Below, one piece after another: positions 35,902-45,150 of a stretch of DNA of 64,000 nucleotides. Within the stretch, counting starts at the first letter, position 1; each line of letters starts with the position of its first letter. The DNA comes from a virus. The notes beneath the pieces were generated by a model. The model searched no databases. It was not told the origin of the DNA and worked only from the letters and a program-made list of their open reading frames with translations. The stretch is taken from the IMG/VR virus record IMGVR_UViG_3300005288_000003, positions 33,841 to 97,840 of that record; one strand, written 5' to 3'. A program made the position numbers and the translations under genes.

Positions 35902-36678
35902 ATGTTCAAACGTACTGCACTGATTGCCCTCGCCGCTGCGGTTATTGGCTACGCTGCCATGCCGCACACGGCGGAAGCTGCTGGATACAAGAGCAGCCGT
36001 TCCAGTTCGTTCAGCTCTAGCCGTTCTTCGTCTTCGTACTCTCGCCCAAAGGCCATTGCACCTAGCCGCAGTTCAACACCGTATAGCCGGCCAACGCCAG
36101 TAACAACACCGATTCGTCGCCCAACAGCTTCGAGTCCATATCGTGGGCAATCAGCGACTGACGGCTATCGCAAACCGAGCACACCTTATGGCGGTCGTCC
36201 TGCCTATCGTGCCCCAGCTCGCCAAGTATCCTCGCCTTTGGCTCGGTCGCGGTCAAGCTACGCCCCGCGTACAACTGTGATCAACAACTACGGCTCACGT
36301 AATAGCTACAGCCGTGGATACGGTGGTTATGATCGTGGTCACTACGGCGGTGGTTACGGCGGTGGCATGATGGGTGGCGGTGGTCCCGGTCTTGGTTCGA
36401 TGTTGCTGGCTGGCGCTGGTGGTGCAATCGTAGGCAACATGCTCTACAATAGCTTCCATACTCCAACTGCAAGTGGAACAACCCGCACCACGGACACTGT
36501 AACTCCTGTGCAAGCTGACGAAATCCGTCAGGAACAACGCATCGAAGACAAGCTGGATCAAGTGAACGAGAAGTTGGACAACCAAGCAGCTCCGGCTGGC
36601 ACACAGGGCTATTCTCTGCCGTCTGATGCACCGTTGATGATGTCTCCATCGTTTTACCAACTGGGAGGTGGTCTGTGA
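35902..36678 (+). CDS. Exported Ser/Arg/Gly-rich low-complexity protein
   Basis: Signal peptide ending AEA; SR-rich tract; glycine-rich hydrophobic segment. Confidence 0.75.
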   Translation: MFKRTALIALAAAVIGYAAMPHTAEAAGYKSSRSSSFSSSRSSSSYSRPKAIAPSRSSTPYSRPTPVTTPIRRPTASSPYRGQSATDGYRKPSTPYGGRPAYRAPARQVSSPLARSRSSYAPRTTVINNYGSRNSYSRGYGGYDRGHYGGGYGGGMMGGGGPGLGSMLLAGAGGAIVGNMLYNSFHTPTASGTTRTTDTVTPVQADEIRQEQRIEDKLDQVNEKLDNQAAPAGTQGYSLPSDAPLMMSPSFYQLGGGL

Positions 36679-36851
36679 TTATCCCAACAGCGCTTGCAAG
36701 TACACCAGCAAACGGTGAGATTGAAGTGAACAACTATCACGTCGATCCGAAGTACATTTCGCTGTGGCAAGACTCTGATCTGATCATTGTCTACGCTGAC
36801 CAAGTAGACTCTCTGATCGAAGAGCTGCAAAAGTTCAAAGAAAACGCTTGA
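36675..36851 (+). CDS. Hypothetical protein (58 aa)
   Basis: GGAGG RBS; GTG start; below track cutoff. Confidence 0.5.
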   Translation: MIIPTALASTPANGEIEVNNYHVDPKYISLWQDSDLIIVYADQVDSLIEELQKFKENA

Positions 36852-36875
36852 CCTGACGGGCTAATCTGCTAAGAT
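36848..36875 (+). promoter_or_regulatory. sigma70 promoter
   Basis: TTGACC-N16-TAAGAT. Confidence 0.6.
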
Positions 36876-36904
36876 GGCCCAACACAAACACAAAGGAGAG
36901 ATAA

Positions 36905-38698
36905 ATGAAACCTTTTGCACCCCACATGGTTGACGTATACAAGATTGGTCATGCGGACATGTACACCGAAGGCACCGACTTCCTGTACAGCAACTTAACC
37001 CCGCGTTCTGACAAATACTTCCGTGCTTCTGGTGTCTCGAAGATGTACGACGGCAAGATGGTCGTCTTCGGTACTCAAGGCTCGATCATGGAAATCGCTG
37101 AAGACTGGAACGATTCGTTCTTCTCGCAACCAAAAGAGAAAGTGATTCGCCGCTACCGCCGCCGCGTCAATGGCGTGATCGGTGAAGGCAAAGTGTCTAC
37201 CGCTCGCATGGAAGCTCTGCACGACCTCGGCTACCTGCCGCTGGAAATCAAGACCATCGACGAAGGCGCTCGCATCGGGATGAAAGTTCCAATGCTGACC
37301 ATCAAGAATACCCTGCCTGAATTCTTCTGGCTGGTGAACTATCTGGAAACCGCTCTGTCCGATCAAATCTGGCAGCTCGCCACCAACGCGACTATCGCAT
37401 ACGAGTACAAACGTATTCTGATGGCAGCGGCTCTGCGTACTGGCGCTGCAACTGAAGGCGTGCTGTTCCAAGGTCACGACTTCTCGATGCGTGGCATGCC
37501 GGGTTACATCGCAGCTTCTCGTTCCGGTTCAGGTCACTTGGCCTCGTTCTCGGGTACTGACACTGTTGGTGCAATCGACTACATCGAAGACTATTACGGT
37601 GAAGGTCTGGATTTGGATGCCTACTTTATCGCTGGTTCGATCCCTGCAACTGAACACGCTGTTAGCTCTAGCAACATCCTGACTCGTGCTGCACGTCTGG
37701 AAGCTGCGTTCACTGGTGAGATGGGTGAAGAGTGCCGGGATCTGCGTCTGGAAGCTGAAACAGAGTTCCTGATTCACTACATCACCAAACTGAATCCGAA
37801 TGGCTTCTGCTCGTATGTAGCAGACACCTACGATTACTTCGGCGTACTGACAGAGGTGCTGCCACGGGCTTACCCTCAAATCATGGCACGTGATGGCCGA
37901 CTGGTGATCCGTCCTGACTCGGGTGATCCGCTGAGCATCATCTGCGGCACCATTGACAAGGTTTATGCGACACTGGGTGAAGCTCTCGACGAAGAGCGTG
38001 ACTCTCACTTCGAACGGGCTGCTGAAGACTGCGAAGGCTCGTATAATATGGGTGCAGACTACTACGAGACTCTGGTGTACATCACTGAAGAATCAAAGTA
38101 TTACAACATCAAGACTAAGTTCGAGTACAACCGTCACGACAAGCAATACTACTACATCGACAACTACAGTTCCGATTGTGGTGAGCCTGTTGCGACAGAA
38201 GTACAACCTTCGGCTGAAATGAAAGGCTCGATCCAACTACTGTGGGAAACCTTCGGCGGTACTGTGAACGAAGCTGGCTTCAAAGAACTGGACTCGCATA
38301 TCGGTCTGATCTATGGTGACTCGATCACTCTGTCACGTGCCCAAGCGATCACTGACCGTCTGGAAAAGCTGGGCTTTGCATCGACCAACGTTGTGTTCGG
38401 GATCGGTAGCTACACCTACCAGTGCAACACTCGTGATACCTTCGGTACTGCGATGAAAGCGACTGCCACTGCTATCAATGGTGAGCTGTTCGAGATTTAC
38501 AAAGATCCGGCGACCGGCGACAAACTGAAGCAATCTGCACGGGGGCTGTTGCGTGTTGATCTGATCGATGGCGAATACGTTCTCCGCGATCAAGTGTCTG
38601 CCGAAGAAGAGCATGGCGGTGAGCTGAAAGTTCGCTTCCGTGATGGCCACTTCTTCAACGTCACGAACATTGACACCATCCGCCAACGTTTGGCATAA
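36905..38698 (+). CDS. NAMPT-like protein (Namat of NARP1)
   Basis: DVYKIGH, HDFSMRG, SIPATEH, RPDSGDP, LIYGDSI, GIGSYTYQ. Confidence 0.9.
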   Translation: MKPFAPHMVDVYKIGHADMYTEGTDFLYSNLTPRSDKYFRASGVSKMYDGKMVVFGTQGSIMEIAEDWNDSFFSQPKEKVIRRYRRRVNGVIGEGKVSTARMEALHDLGYLPLEIKTIDEGARIGMKVPMLTIKNTLPEFFWLVNYLETALSDQIWQLATNATIAYEYKRILMAAALRTGAATEGVLFQGHDFSMRGMPGYIAASRSGSGHLASFSGTDTVGAIDYIEDYYGEGLDLDAYFIAGSIPATEHAVSSSNILTRAARLEAAFTGEMGEECRDLRLEAETEFLIHYITKLNPNGFCSYVADTYDYFGVLTEVLPRAYPQIMARDGRLVIRPDSGDPLSIICGTIDKVYATLGEALDEERDSHFERAAEDCEGSYNMGADYYETLVYITEESKYYNIKTKFEYNRHDKQYYYIDNYSSDCGEPVATEVQPSAEMKGSIQLLWETFGGTVNEAGFKELDSHIGLIYGDSITLSRAQAITDRLEKLGFASTNVVFGIGSYTYQCNTRDTFGTAMKATATAINGELFEIYKDPATGDKLKQSARGLLRVDLIDGEYVLRDQVSAEEEHGGELKVRFRDGHFFNVTNIDTIRQRLA

Positions 38699-38704
38699 TG
38701 AACA

Positions 38705-38729
38705 GCCCGCCCACAAGGCGGGCTTTCTT
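38705..38729 (+). terminator. Intrinsic terminator
   Basis: GCCCGCC-CACAA-GGCGGGC-TTTCTT. Confidence 0.8.
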
Positions 38730-38752
38730 ACCCCTAAATAAAGGAGAACACA

Positions 38753-38980
38753 ATGTCTGAAATGAAATCCCGTGTAAAACTGAAAGTAACTGGATTCGGT
38801 GATAACCATCGTTGCACAGTTCTCGGTCAAGTAAAGATCGGCTTCTTCTACGAGACAATCTACCAACGTGAGCTGACCTCTGGCGGGAATAACATCGATG
38901 TCCTAATCCAACGTGCGAAAGACGCTATCGCTGCCTTCAAGAGCGCGGGCTTCAACGAAGAAGGAGTGATCGACCTGTGA
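38753..38980 (+). CDS. Hypothetical protein
   Basis: AAGGAG RBS. Confidence 0.65.
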   Translation: MSEMKSRVKLKVTGFGDNHRCTVLGQVKIGFFYETIYQRELTSGGNNIDVLIQRAKDAIAAFKSAGFNEEGVIDL

Positions 38981-39450
38981 GCCTGACATACAAAGCTGGT
39001 TGCCTGATCGAAGCTCTGGACAAAGGTGAAGTGAGCGCTATCGCACACCAAGCCAACTGCCAGAACACCATGAAGAGTGGCGTTGCTAAAGCCATCGTAG
39101 AACGCTGGCCTGCTGTAGCAGAAGCTGACCAAGCCACGATCAAGGGCGACCCTGACAAGCTAGGTACTCTGAGCTTCACGCCTGTTTTCTGTGATGACTG
39201 CGAGATTCGTCCTGTGTTTAACCTCTACGGCCAGTACACCTACGGACGTGAGAAGGGCGTTGTCTACACTGACTTAAAAGCCCTCGGAAATGCTTTGCAT
39301 CAAATGAAACTTTTCCTTGACAGCATCGGCATCAAGCGCGTAGGATTACCGAAGTTGGGAGCAGGGTTGGGTGGTGCGAAGTGGGAGGATGTTGAATCCG
39401 CCATCATCACTGAACTCGCTGGTCTTGATGTAACCATTTATTCCAAATAA
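38977..39450 (+). CDS. Macrodomain protein (ADP-ribose processing)
   Basis: HQANCQNTMKSGVAKAI, NLYGQ, LPKLGAGLGGAKW. Confidence 0.85.
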   Translation: MSLTYKAGCLIEALDKGEVSAIAHQANCQNTMKSGVAKAIVERWPAVAEADQATIKGDPDKLGTLSFTPVFCDDCEIRPVFNLYGQYTYGREKGVVYTDLKALGNALHQMKLFLDSIGIKRVGLPKLGAGLGGAKWEDVESAIITELAGLDVTIYSK

Positions 39451-39460
39451 GGAGAACATA

Positions 39461-39811
39461 ATGAATCTGCAATCCATCCAAAAGCGTGTCGAAGAACTGT
39501 CAGCAGAGCTGATCACCATCAGCAACGATCTGTCCTTCCTGATTCAAGGCGATGTTCAACGCAATCCTGTAGAAGTCGAGCGTTTGCGTCACTTCTCCGA
39601 AGTCAAAGAGGGCGATAAGCTCCGCTTCGATGCCATCTTCAACGATATCTGCGGGCAACGCCACGATGCAGGAGAATACGAGGTATACGAAGTTGAAGAT
39701 GCAGGGTACGAAGGTTCCTATGATGTTGCACTTCGTCGAGGTGGCGGCCTCATGTGGCTGGACTTCTCGGACGTATCTTCTTCTGTCCGTGTAACCAAGG
39801 TGAGTGCATAA
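39461..39811 (+). CDS. Hypothetical protein (coiled coil plus SH3-like)
   Basis: AAGGAG RBS; VKEGDKLRF. Confidence 0.65.
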   Translation: MNLQSIQKRVEELSAELITISNDLSFLIQGDVQRNPVEVERLRHFSEVKEGDKLRFDAIFNDICGQRHDAGEYEVYEVEDAGYEGSYDVALRRGGGLMWLDFSDVSSSVRVTKVSA

Positions 39812-39812
39812 C

Positions 39813-40391
39813 ATGAAACTGTTGAAATTTGCTGGTCTGGCTGGCGCTCTAGCTTTCTCCACTATCTTCCTAACTGGTTGTGAACAGGAGAATCCAGAAG
39901 AAACAGCGAAGGACGAAGCGGACATCGACGCCAATACGCGTGCTGCAATGAACCAAGAAGAAGTGGAGCTGAAAGAAGAGCTTACAAAGGCTCAAGCCAA
40001 AGACCCTTCGATCAAGGATATGTACTACGGCACTGACGACGAAGGTAATAAGGTGGTTCACGTCATCCGTGAAGTGAAAGACCCTGCTACTGGTCAAGCA
40101 CAGGCACATGACACCACCGCTCCAATGCTGCAAGGTATGGTGCTGGGTATGCTGATGTCGAACATGATGAACGGTGGTATGGGTGGTGGCTACGCCACTC
40201 GCAGCTACCCAATGAGCGAAAGCCGTAACTACCGTAACCAAGCGACCAGCCGTTACAGTGGCTACACCCGTTCGATTCAGGCTCGCTCATATGTGTCCGC
40301 ACGTCCGGGTAGCGCCTACAGCACACGCTCCGCTGGTGCATTCTCCAGCAGCAACTCTGCCCGCTCTGGCGGTTACTCGGCAGGTGGTTAA
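39813..40391 (+). CDS. Lipoprotein, YgiB/DUF1190-like
   Basis: Lipobox LTGC; PMLQGMVLGMLMS; S/R/G-rich end RSGGYSAGG. Confidence 0.65.
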   Translation: MKLLKFAGLAGALAFSTIFLTGCEQENPEETAKDEADIDANTRAAMNQEEVELKEELTKAQAKDPSIKDMYYGTDDEGNKVVHVIREVKDPATGQAQAHDTTAPMLQGMVLGMLMSNMMNGGMGGGYATRSYPMSESRNYRNQATSRYSGYTRSIQARSYVSARPGSAYSTRSAGAFSSSNSARSGGYSAGG

Positions 40392-40569
40392 TGGAGTTCT
40401 GTATCTGGATGGCCTTAGCATTCTTCTGCGGATATATGATGGCGAAGGCTTGACACTAACCAAGGGATTCCGTAGAATCCCTCTCACACAAGGAGACAAG
40501 ACATGACTTTTGGTACTTTCCTGCTCATTCTTCTCATCATCGTCATCCTCTCGTAATAGGAGCCAGTAA

Positions 40570-41847
40570 ATGCAAGTAGTGACTAAGCCAATCAAGTTCG
40601 ATCTGGAAACTGTGGTAGCCGAGGAAGTTCCTTTTCTGTCCACGTTCTACCGCTATCGTGGCGAGCTGAACCAAGACGTTTGCGATCTGCTTGCATTTCC
40701 TGTGGCGAACAAAGCGGCTATGCCGTTCTACACCATCAAGGAATCGACCACATACACGCTGAACACGCAGTTCGAAGACTACTACAAAATGATGGTAGCC
40801 GCCCTCAAGATCGCTTTTGCGGATCGAGAGTTGATGGATAAGTATTTCGACTGCCACTTCTGGCGTAAACATGGTGATCGCTTCCTGCCTTATGCAAAGG
40901 CAACGTTTGACCGCAAGCATCCAGCCCTTTATGGCCGCTACGATGCCTGCTTTGATCCTGTAACCGAGAAACTGAAAGGTATCTACGAATTCAACGGTGA
41001 CACTCCTGTAATGCTGTTCGAGTCCGTAAACCTGCAAGCACGCTTGTCCAAGCAACTCGGGGCAGACCAATATAACAATTGGTGGGAAATCTTCGGACAT
41101 AAGTTCGCAGATGGTTATAAGAACGTGGCTGTAGCGTGTGGCACCGACTACGTTGAAGACATGGCAACCTGCGAAACCGTGGCACAAGCGTTTGGCGAGG
41201 CACGAAGCGACCGAAATGTCAGTTTCCTCGACCTGAAAGAGCTGGACTACGATCACATGAACCTGTCGAAGCCGTGGATCGCACGTGACAGCTTCAAACC
41301 GCTGGATGCAATCTATGTGCTGAGTCCATGGGAAGAAATGGTGGACAATTTCCCTACAATGTTAGATCACTGGGAACACTGGATCGACAATGTGCATCTG
41401 TTCGAGCCTGCATGGCGCTGGTTCTTGGCTCACAAAGGCATGACTGCCCTGTGTACCTACCTGTGCGATACACGTCCTGCTTTCTGCCGGGAACACCTTG
41501 CAGGGGCACGAATTCTACTACCGACCTACTTGAAGCGTCCTTCTGGTGCTTTGGGTAATCACTGGGTTGAAAAGCCTGTGGTTGGTCGTCTATCGAACAA
41601 CATCAGAATCTGGAAGGATGGCGTTGTTGTGAGTGACACTGGCGGATATTACAGCGACGAATGCACAGTGTTCCAAGAATACACGCCACCGCGTAAGGTG
41701 GAAGGCCGTAACAACTTCATCCTCGGGATGTGGATGTGTGGAGAGCATAGCGCTTCCCTGTGTGCCCGTGAGTTTGATAGTGAGGTTCTATCGATCAGCA
41801 ACGAACGATGGATTCCCCACATTGTGGTGCCAGATGCGGACGCCTAA
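40570..41847 (+). CDS. Glutathionylspermidine synthase-like ATP-grasp ligase (YgiC/YjfC-like)
   Basis: LYGRYD, EFNGDTP, PWE, EPAW, KPVVGR, VFQEY; no amidase domain. Confidence 0.85.
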   Translation: MQVVTKPIKFDLETVVAEEVPFLSTFYRYRGELNQDVCDLLAFPVANKAAMPFYTIKESTTYTLNTQFEDYYKMMVAALKIAFADRELMDKYFDCHFWRKHGDRFLPYAKATFDRKHPALYGRYDACFDPVTEKLKGIYEFNGDTPVMLFESVNLQARLSKQLGADQYNNWWEIFGHKFADGYKNVAVACGTDYVEDMATCETVAQAFGEARSDRNVSFLDLKELDYDHMNLSKPWIARDSFKPLDAIYVLSPWEEMVDNFPTMLDHWEHWIDNVHLFEPAWRWFLAHKGMTALCTYLCDTRPAFCREHLAGARILLPTYLKRPSGALGNHWVEKPVVGRLSNNIRIWKDGVVVSDTGGYYSDECTVFQEYTPPRKVEGRNNFILGMWMCGEHSASLCAREFDSEVLSISNERWIPHIVVPDADA

Positions 41848-42169
41848 CTATCCGATCCCGCTCCTTGCTGAGATAGTGCGGAACAAGTGGAAGGCGACTC
41901 CCGATCAAGTGATGCAAGTGATATCTGCCTTCGGGGACTACAGAAGCGCTTGCAGTCATTTTGAATCACAGGTATACTCGCTGACTCACGAAAGGAACCG
42001 TCTCAGAGCTGAGAATGAGTTCCTGATTCGGTTGTTCAATGTCAAACAGGAGGAATTCGATGTATCGGGATGCAGTGGAATACAAGCCGGGACACTGGCT
42101 GGCGCCGGGGAGCGAAGCTCTGGAGCTGTACAAAGCGAAGAAGTGGAAGGAACTGGAAGCCCTTCTTAA
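41834..42169 (+). CDS. Hypothetical protein
   Basis: Start MRTPNY. Confidence 0.5.
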   Translation: MRTPNYPIPLLAEIVRNKWKATPDQVMQVISAFGDYRSACSHFESQVYSLTHERNRLRAENEFLIRLFNVKQEEFDVSGCSGIQAGTLAGAGERSSGAVQSEEVEGTGSPS

Positions 42170-42209
42170 ACAAACAGACGCTGCATGGCGTAAACTGGAG
42201 GGACGATGA
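42060..42209 (+). CDS. Hypothetical protein (49 aa)
   Basis: AGGAGG RBS; MYRDAVEYKPGHWLAPGS; below track cutoff. Confidence 0.55.
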   Translation: MYRDAVEYKPGHWLAPGSEALELYKAKKWKELEALLKQTDAAWRKLEGR

Positions 42210-42778
42210 AGTTTTACACTGGCGTGGGGAGCCGCGAAACCCCTGACAACATCCTTGAAATGATGGAGAAACTGGGCAAGAAGCTCGCCACTGATGGCTG
42301 GACTCTTCGCTCAGGAGGCGCTAAGGGCGCTGATGCTGCATTTGAACTGGGATGGTTCGACTGGTATGCAAACCAAACTCCGTGGCCCGCTGCACCACAG
42401 GCAGAGATTTACATCCCGTGGCAAGGTTATAACGGCCATGATCGTGATGGTTGCTTTGGTGCGAACATCAACCCGGAACTGGACAGTCCAGAGCTGTACA
42501 TGGTAGCTACAGGCATTGCAGAGCATATGCACCCTAACTGGGCAGCTTGCAAGCGTGGAGCCAGAGCCATGCACTCACGTAACGTCTATCAGGTGCTGGG
42601 ACAAGACCTCAAAACTCCGAGCAAGATGCTTGTGGCATGGACGAAACTCACCCGTAAGGGCGAGCCAATGGGCGGAACAGCTACAGCGATCCGTTTGGCA
42701 GAAAGACACGGAATCGCTTGCTTCAACCTCAACAAAGAGGTAGACTTCGAGCGTATTCAAATTTACTTGGGAGGATAA
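42206..42778 (+). CDS. SLOG/DprA-like nucleotide-binding protein
   Basis: YTGVGSRETP, LRSGGAKGADAAFE, RNVYQVLG, GGTATA. Confidence 0.8.
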   Translation: MKFYTGVGSRETPDNILEMMEKLGKKLATDGWTLRSGGAKGADAAFELGWFDWYANQTPWPAAPQAEIYIPWQGYNGHDRDGCFGANINPELDSPELYMVATGIAEHMHPNWAACKRGARAMHSRNVYQVLGQDLKTPSKMLVAWTKLTRKGEPMGGTATAIRLAERHGIACFNLNKEVDFERIQIYLGG

Positions 42779-42779
42779 C

Positions 42780-42941
42780 ATGCTACGACTGATCAAATTC
42801 CTGTTCACAGGCTCTTGGCACGAACACAGTTGGAAAGTGATTCATCAAGGGACGCTTGGGCGTGGAGGCAACGTGCGAGGTTATCGCCACATCCTGCAAT
42901 GCACTGGCTGTGGTAACGTTAAACACAAGGATTCCATCTGA
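42780..42941 (+). CDS. Small Zn-ribbon protein (53 aa)
   Basis: GGAGG RBS; HEHSW...QCTGCG. Confidence 0.55.
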   Translation: MLRLIKFLFTGSWHEHSWKVIHQGTLGRGGNVRGYRHILQCTGCGNVKHKDSI

Positions 42942-43201
42942 TGAGCCACGGTGGAATGACAGCAGAACAGGCGGAAGCCTACAAGATTCAACTCGGCAGC
43001 TACGTGAAGCCTGCAAGTCGTGATAGAATCCATGAAATCCGTAACCAAACGGGCGAAGGACTCATGGCCTGCAAGCGTATGGAAGAAAAGGAACGCATGT
43101 TGGCAGCCATCGAGGAAGTGAGATTCGAGGCTGGAACAGACTACAATAGTGCTATGCACACCGTGCTAGACGTGTTACAATACCTCGTGGAACGCACGTA
43201 G
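42941..43201 (+). CDS. Hypothetical protein with EF-Ts-N-like motif
   Basis: IHEIRNQTGEGLMACKR. Confidence 0.6.
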   Translation: MSHGGMTAEQAEAYKIQLGSYVKPASRDRIHEIRNQTGEGLMACKRMEEKERMLAAIEEVRFEAGTDYNSAMHTVLDVLQYLVERT

Positions 43202-43224
43202 CGTTCCGTTTTAGGAGAAACACA

Positions 43225-43551
43225 ATGGCTACTCGTATTATCGTCGCAATGTACGCATGGATCGCAGAAAGCACCAACCAAATGCCTTCGAGTAACTGGT
43301 GGATCAATGTCACTGATGGTGGCTTGCCAGCTTGCGATCAATACGTCATCGACCGTAACGCTTCAACACCTTCAAACGTCAAGGCAGCCGTCTCACAGTA
43401 CCACGTGTACTTTGCTGATGGTGGTCATGCACGTTACAAGCTGCGTTACGATATCGTGAACGCTTGGAACAGCTACAGCCCAATCCAAGCTAATCTGGCT
43501 CCAGTTCCGTTGCTTCCTAAGCCGGAATGGGAAGTGCAGGAAGGTATCTAA
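43225..43551 (+). CDS. Hypothetical protein
   Basis: AGGAG RBS. Confidence 0.7.
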   Translation: MATRIIVAMYAWIAESTNQMPSSNWWINVTDGGLPACDQYVIDRNASTPSNVKAAVSQYHVYFADGGHARYKLRYDIVNAWNSYSPIQANLAPVPLLPKPEWEVQEGI

Positions 43552-44054
43552 TGCTCAGTCCCGAGGAACTTGAAGCTTTAAGCGAGCGAATCGGGGCGAA
43601 TGCAGATAGAATGATCAGTAGAGTGACAAGAAAGCTCTATTCGTTCAGTGAAGGGAGCGCTGGCCCAAAGCCAGCCTCCTTTATCAACTGCATTCAGCCT
43701 GAAATGACAGATGTTGTGTACGAAGATGATGAAAGTTGGCCTTTGTGGCTGGATGATGCTGTTCAAGGCGTTGCACGGTTGGATTGGTACGGCTTAAGGG
43801 AAGAACAACGTCCCTTATCTACCAAGAAAATTGTTCAATGTTTCGCTTTACTTGAGACTATAAACACGAGTACAATCTCGCATCTGTTGAAAGTGGAACG
43901 TAGACAGGCAGCACGGTACTTCAAAGCTTGCGAGCTTTTGCACGAAAGGCTGATTGACAACTACTGCGACGACAGTGTAAGATCGATGCGCTACCCTGCG
44001 GTGTTCATTTACCCACGGGAGCAACAACAAATTACAGACTTAGGGGAGGAATAA
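43551..44054 (+). CDS. Hypothetical protein, possible HTH
   Basis: INTSTISHLLKVERRQAARY. Confidence 0.6.
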   Translation: MLSPEELEALSERIGANADRMISRVTRKLYSFSEGSAGPKPASFINCIQPEMTDVVYEDDESWPLWLDDAVQGVARLDWYGLREEQRPLSTKKIVQCFALLETINTSTISHLLKVERRQAARYFKACELLHERLIDNYCDDSVRSMRYPAVFIYPREQQQITDLGEE

Positions 44055-44056
44055 CG

Positions 44057-44269
44057 ATGGAAGATTTATTTGGATGGTTAATTGGAGTGGTTCTGGGTTT
44101 TATTATTGGGGCCAGCGTTGTAATGGGCGTAAATAGCGTTGAAATCTCAAAGGCCCAAACTGCATGTGCAGACAATGGTGGCCTTAGTAAGATCACTGGT
44201 GCCTTGCTCAGCTCGACGAGCTGGAAATGCAATAACGGTGCTGTGTTCAGCCCTAAAGCGGAGGAATGA
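44057..44269 (+). CDS. Small membrane protein
   Basis: N-terminal transmembrane segment; CADNGG...CNNG. Confidence 0.65.
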   Translation: MEDLFGWLIGVVLGFIIGASVVMGVNSVEISKAQTACADNGGLSKITGALLSSTSWKCNNGAVFSPKAEE

Positions 44270-44272
44270 AGA

Positions 44273-44563
44273 ATGAGTAAGCAAGTATTGGTACAGTTCT
44301 TTTGGGACTGCGGGCGCATGGGCGATGTTGAGGGTCTGTTCGTAACAACCGAAGAAGAGCTGGAGCGTGCCTATGGCAAGCAAGTCTATTTCGGTGAAAT
44401 CCTTGGCAAGCACAGTGAAGTGTACGGCACTCTGGATCGTGAAGACATCACTCTCGTGACTGATGATCAAGACTTCATCACTCGCATTGTAGACTTGCTT
44501 GGCACTGACCTTTCGGGCTACAATCCGCTCGATAAGCTTCAAGAGTCGGACGAAGAAGAGTAA
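44273..44563 (+). CDS. Hypothetical protein
   Basis: WDCGRMGDVEGLF...YFGEILGKHSEV. Confidence 0.7.
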   Translation: MSKQVLVQFFWDCGRMGDVEGLFVTTEEELERAYGKQVYFGEILGKHSEVYGTLDREDITLVTDDQDFITRIVDLLGTDLSGYNPLDKLQESDEEE

Positions 44564-44625
44564 TTCGGAATCCCTTTCACGCAAAATTTTCGGGGCCAGT
44601 GGCCCCCTCATAAAAGGAGAGAATA

Positions 44626-45150
44626 ATGATTCGATATTTCAACGTAGGTGATCGCGTAGAGCTGATCGAAGATTACGGCACCCGTAAACGCGGAGCGCGT
44701 GGAACTGTTCGGAAAGTAGATGGTCCGTATGATCACGACATCATCAGCGTAACTATGGACGAAGCCAACATCCACGGCGACTCTACTATGGATTGCTTTA
44801 ATCGTCGGTTGAAACTGGTGCCACAAGTGACTATTGCTCCAGCACCCCGTGCCCCTCTACCAGATGCCCTGTACCTCGTAACACAATCGGCTGATCGCAT
44901 CTTCCCACGCCGTTCGTATGATACCATCCTCAAATCGTTGATGGAAGAAATGGGCGAGCTGTCTACTGAAATTGCGATTGCACAGGGCACCAAGAAACGC
45001 GCTCCTTCTTCTGACGGTGTAAAGGGCGAAGCGGTTGATGTGTTCGTAGTTGCTGTAGACATGCTGCGTGCAGCTTGGGGCGATGAACTGTTCACCACGG
45101 CCTTCACTGATAAAGTGAAGAGCAAGCTTGCGAAATGGGAGCGTGTGTAA
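44626..45150 (+). CDS. SH3/KOW domain fused to MazG-like NTP pyrophosphohydrolase
   Basis: FNVGDRVEL N-terminus; LMEEMGELS...GEAVDV. Confidence 0.7.
   Translation: MIRYFNVGDRVELIEDYGTRKRGARGTVRKVDGPYDHDIISVTMDEANIHGDSTMDCFNRRLKLVPQVTIAPAPRAPLPDALYLVTQSADRIFPRRSYDTILKSLMEEMGELSTEIAIAQGTKKRAPSSDGVKGEAVDVFVVAVDMLRAAWGDELFTTAFTDKVKSKLAKWERV

Noticed and set aside
37940-38220. Intein in the NAMPT-like gene
   Set aside because: No His-Asn/Cys-Ser-Thr splice junction and no LAGLIDADG motifs.
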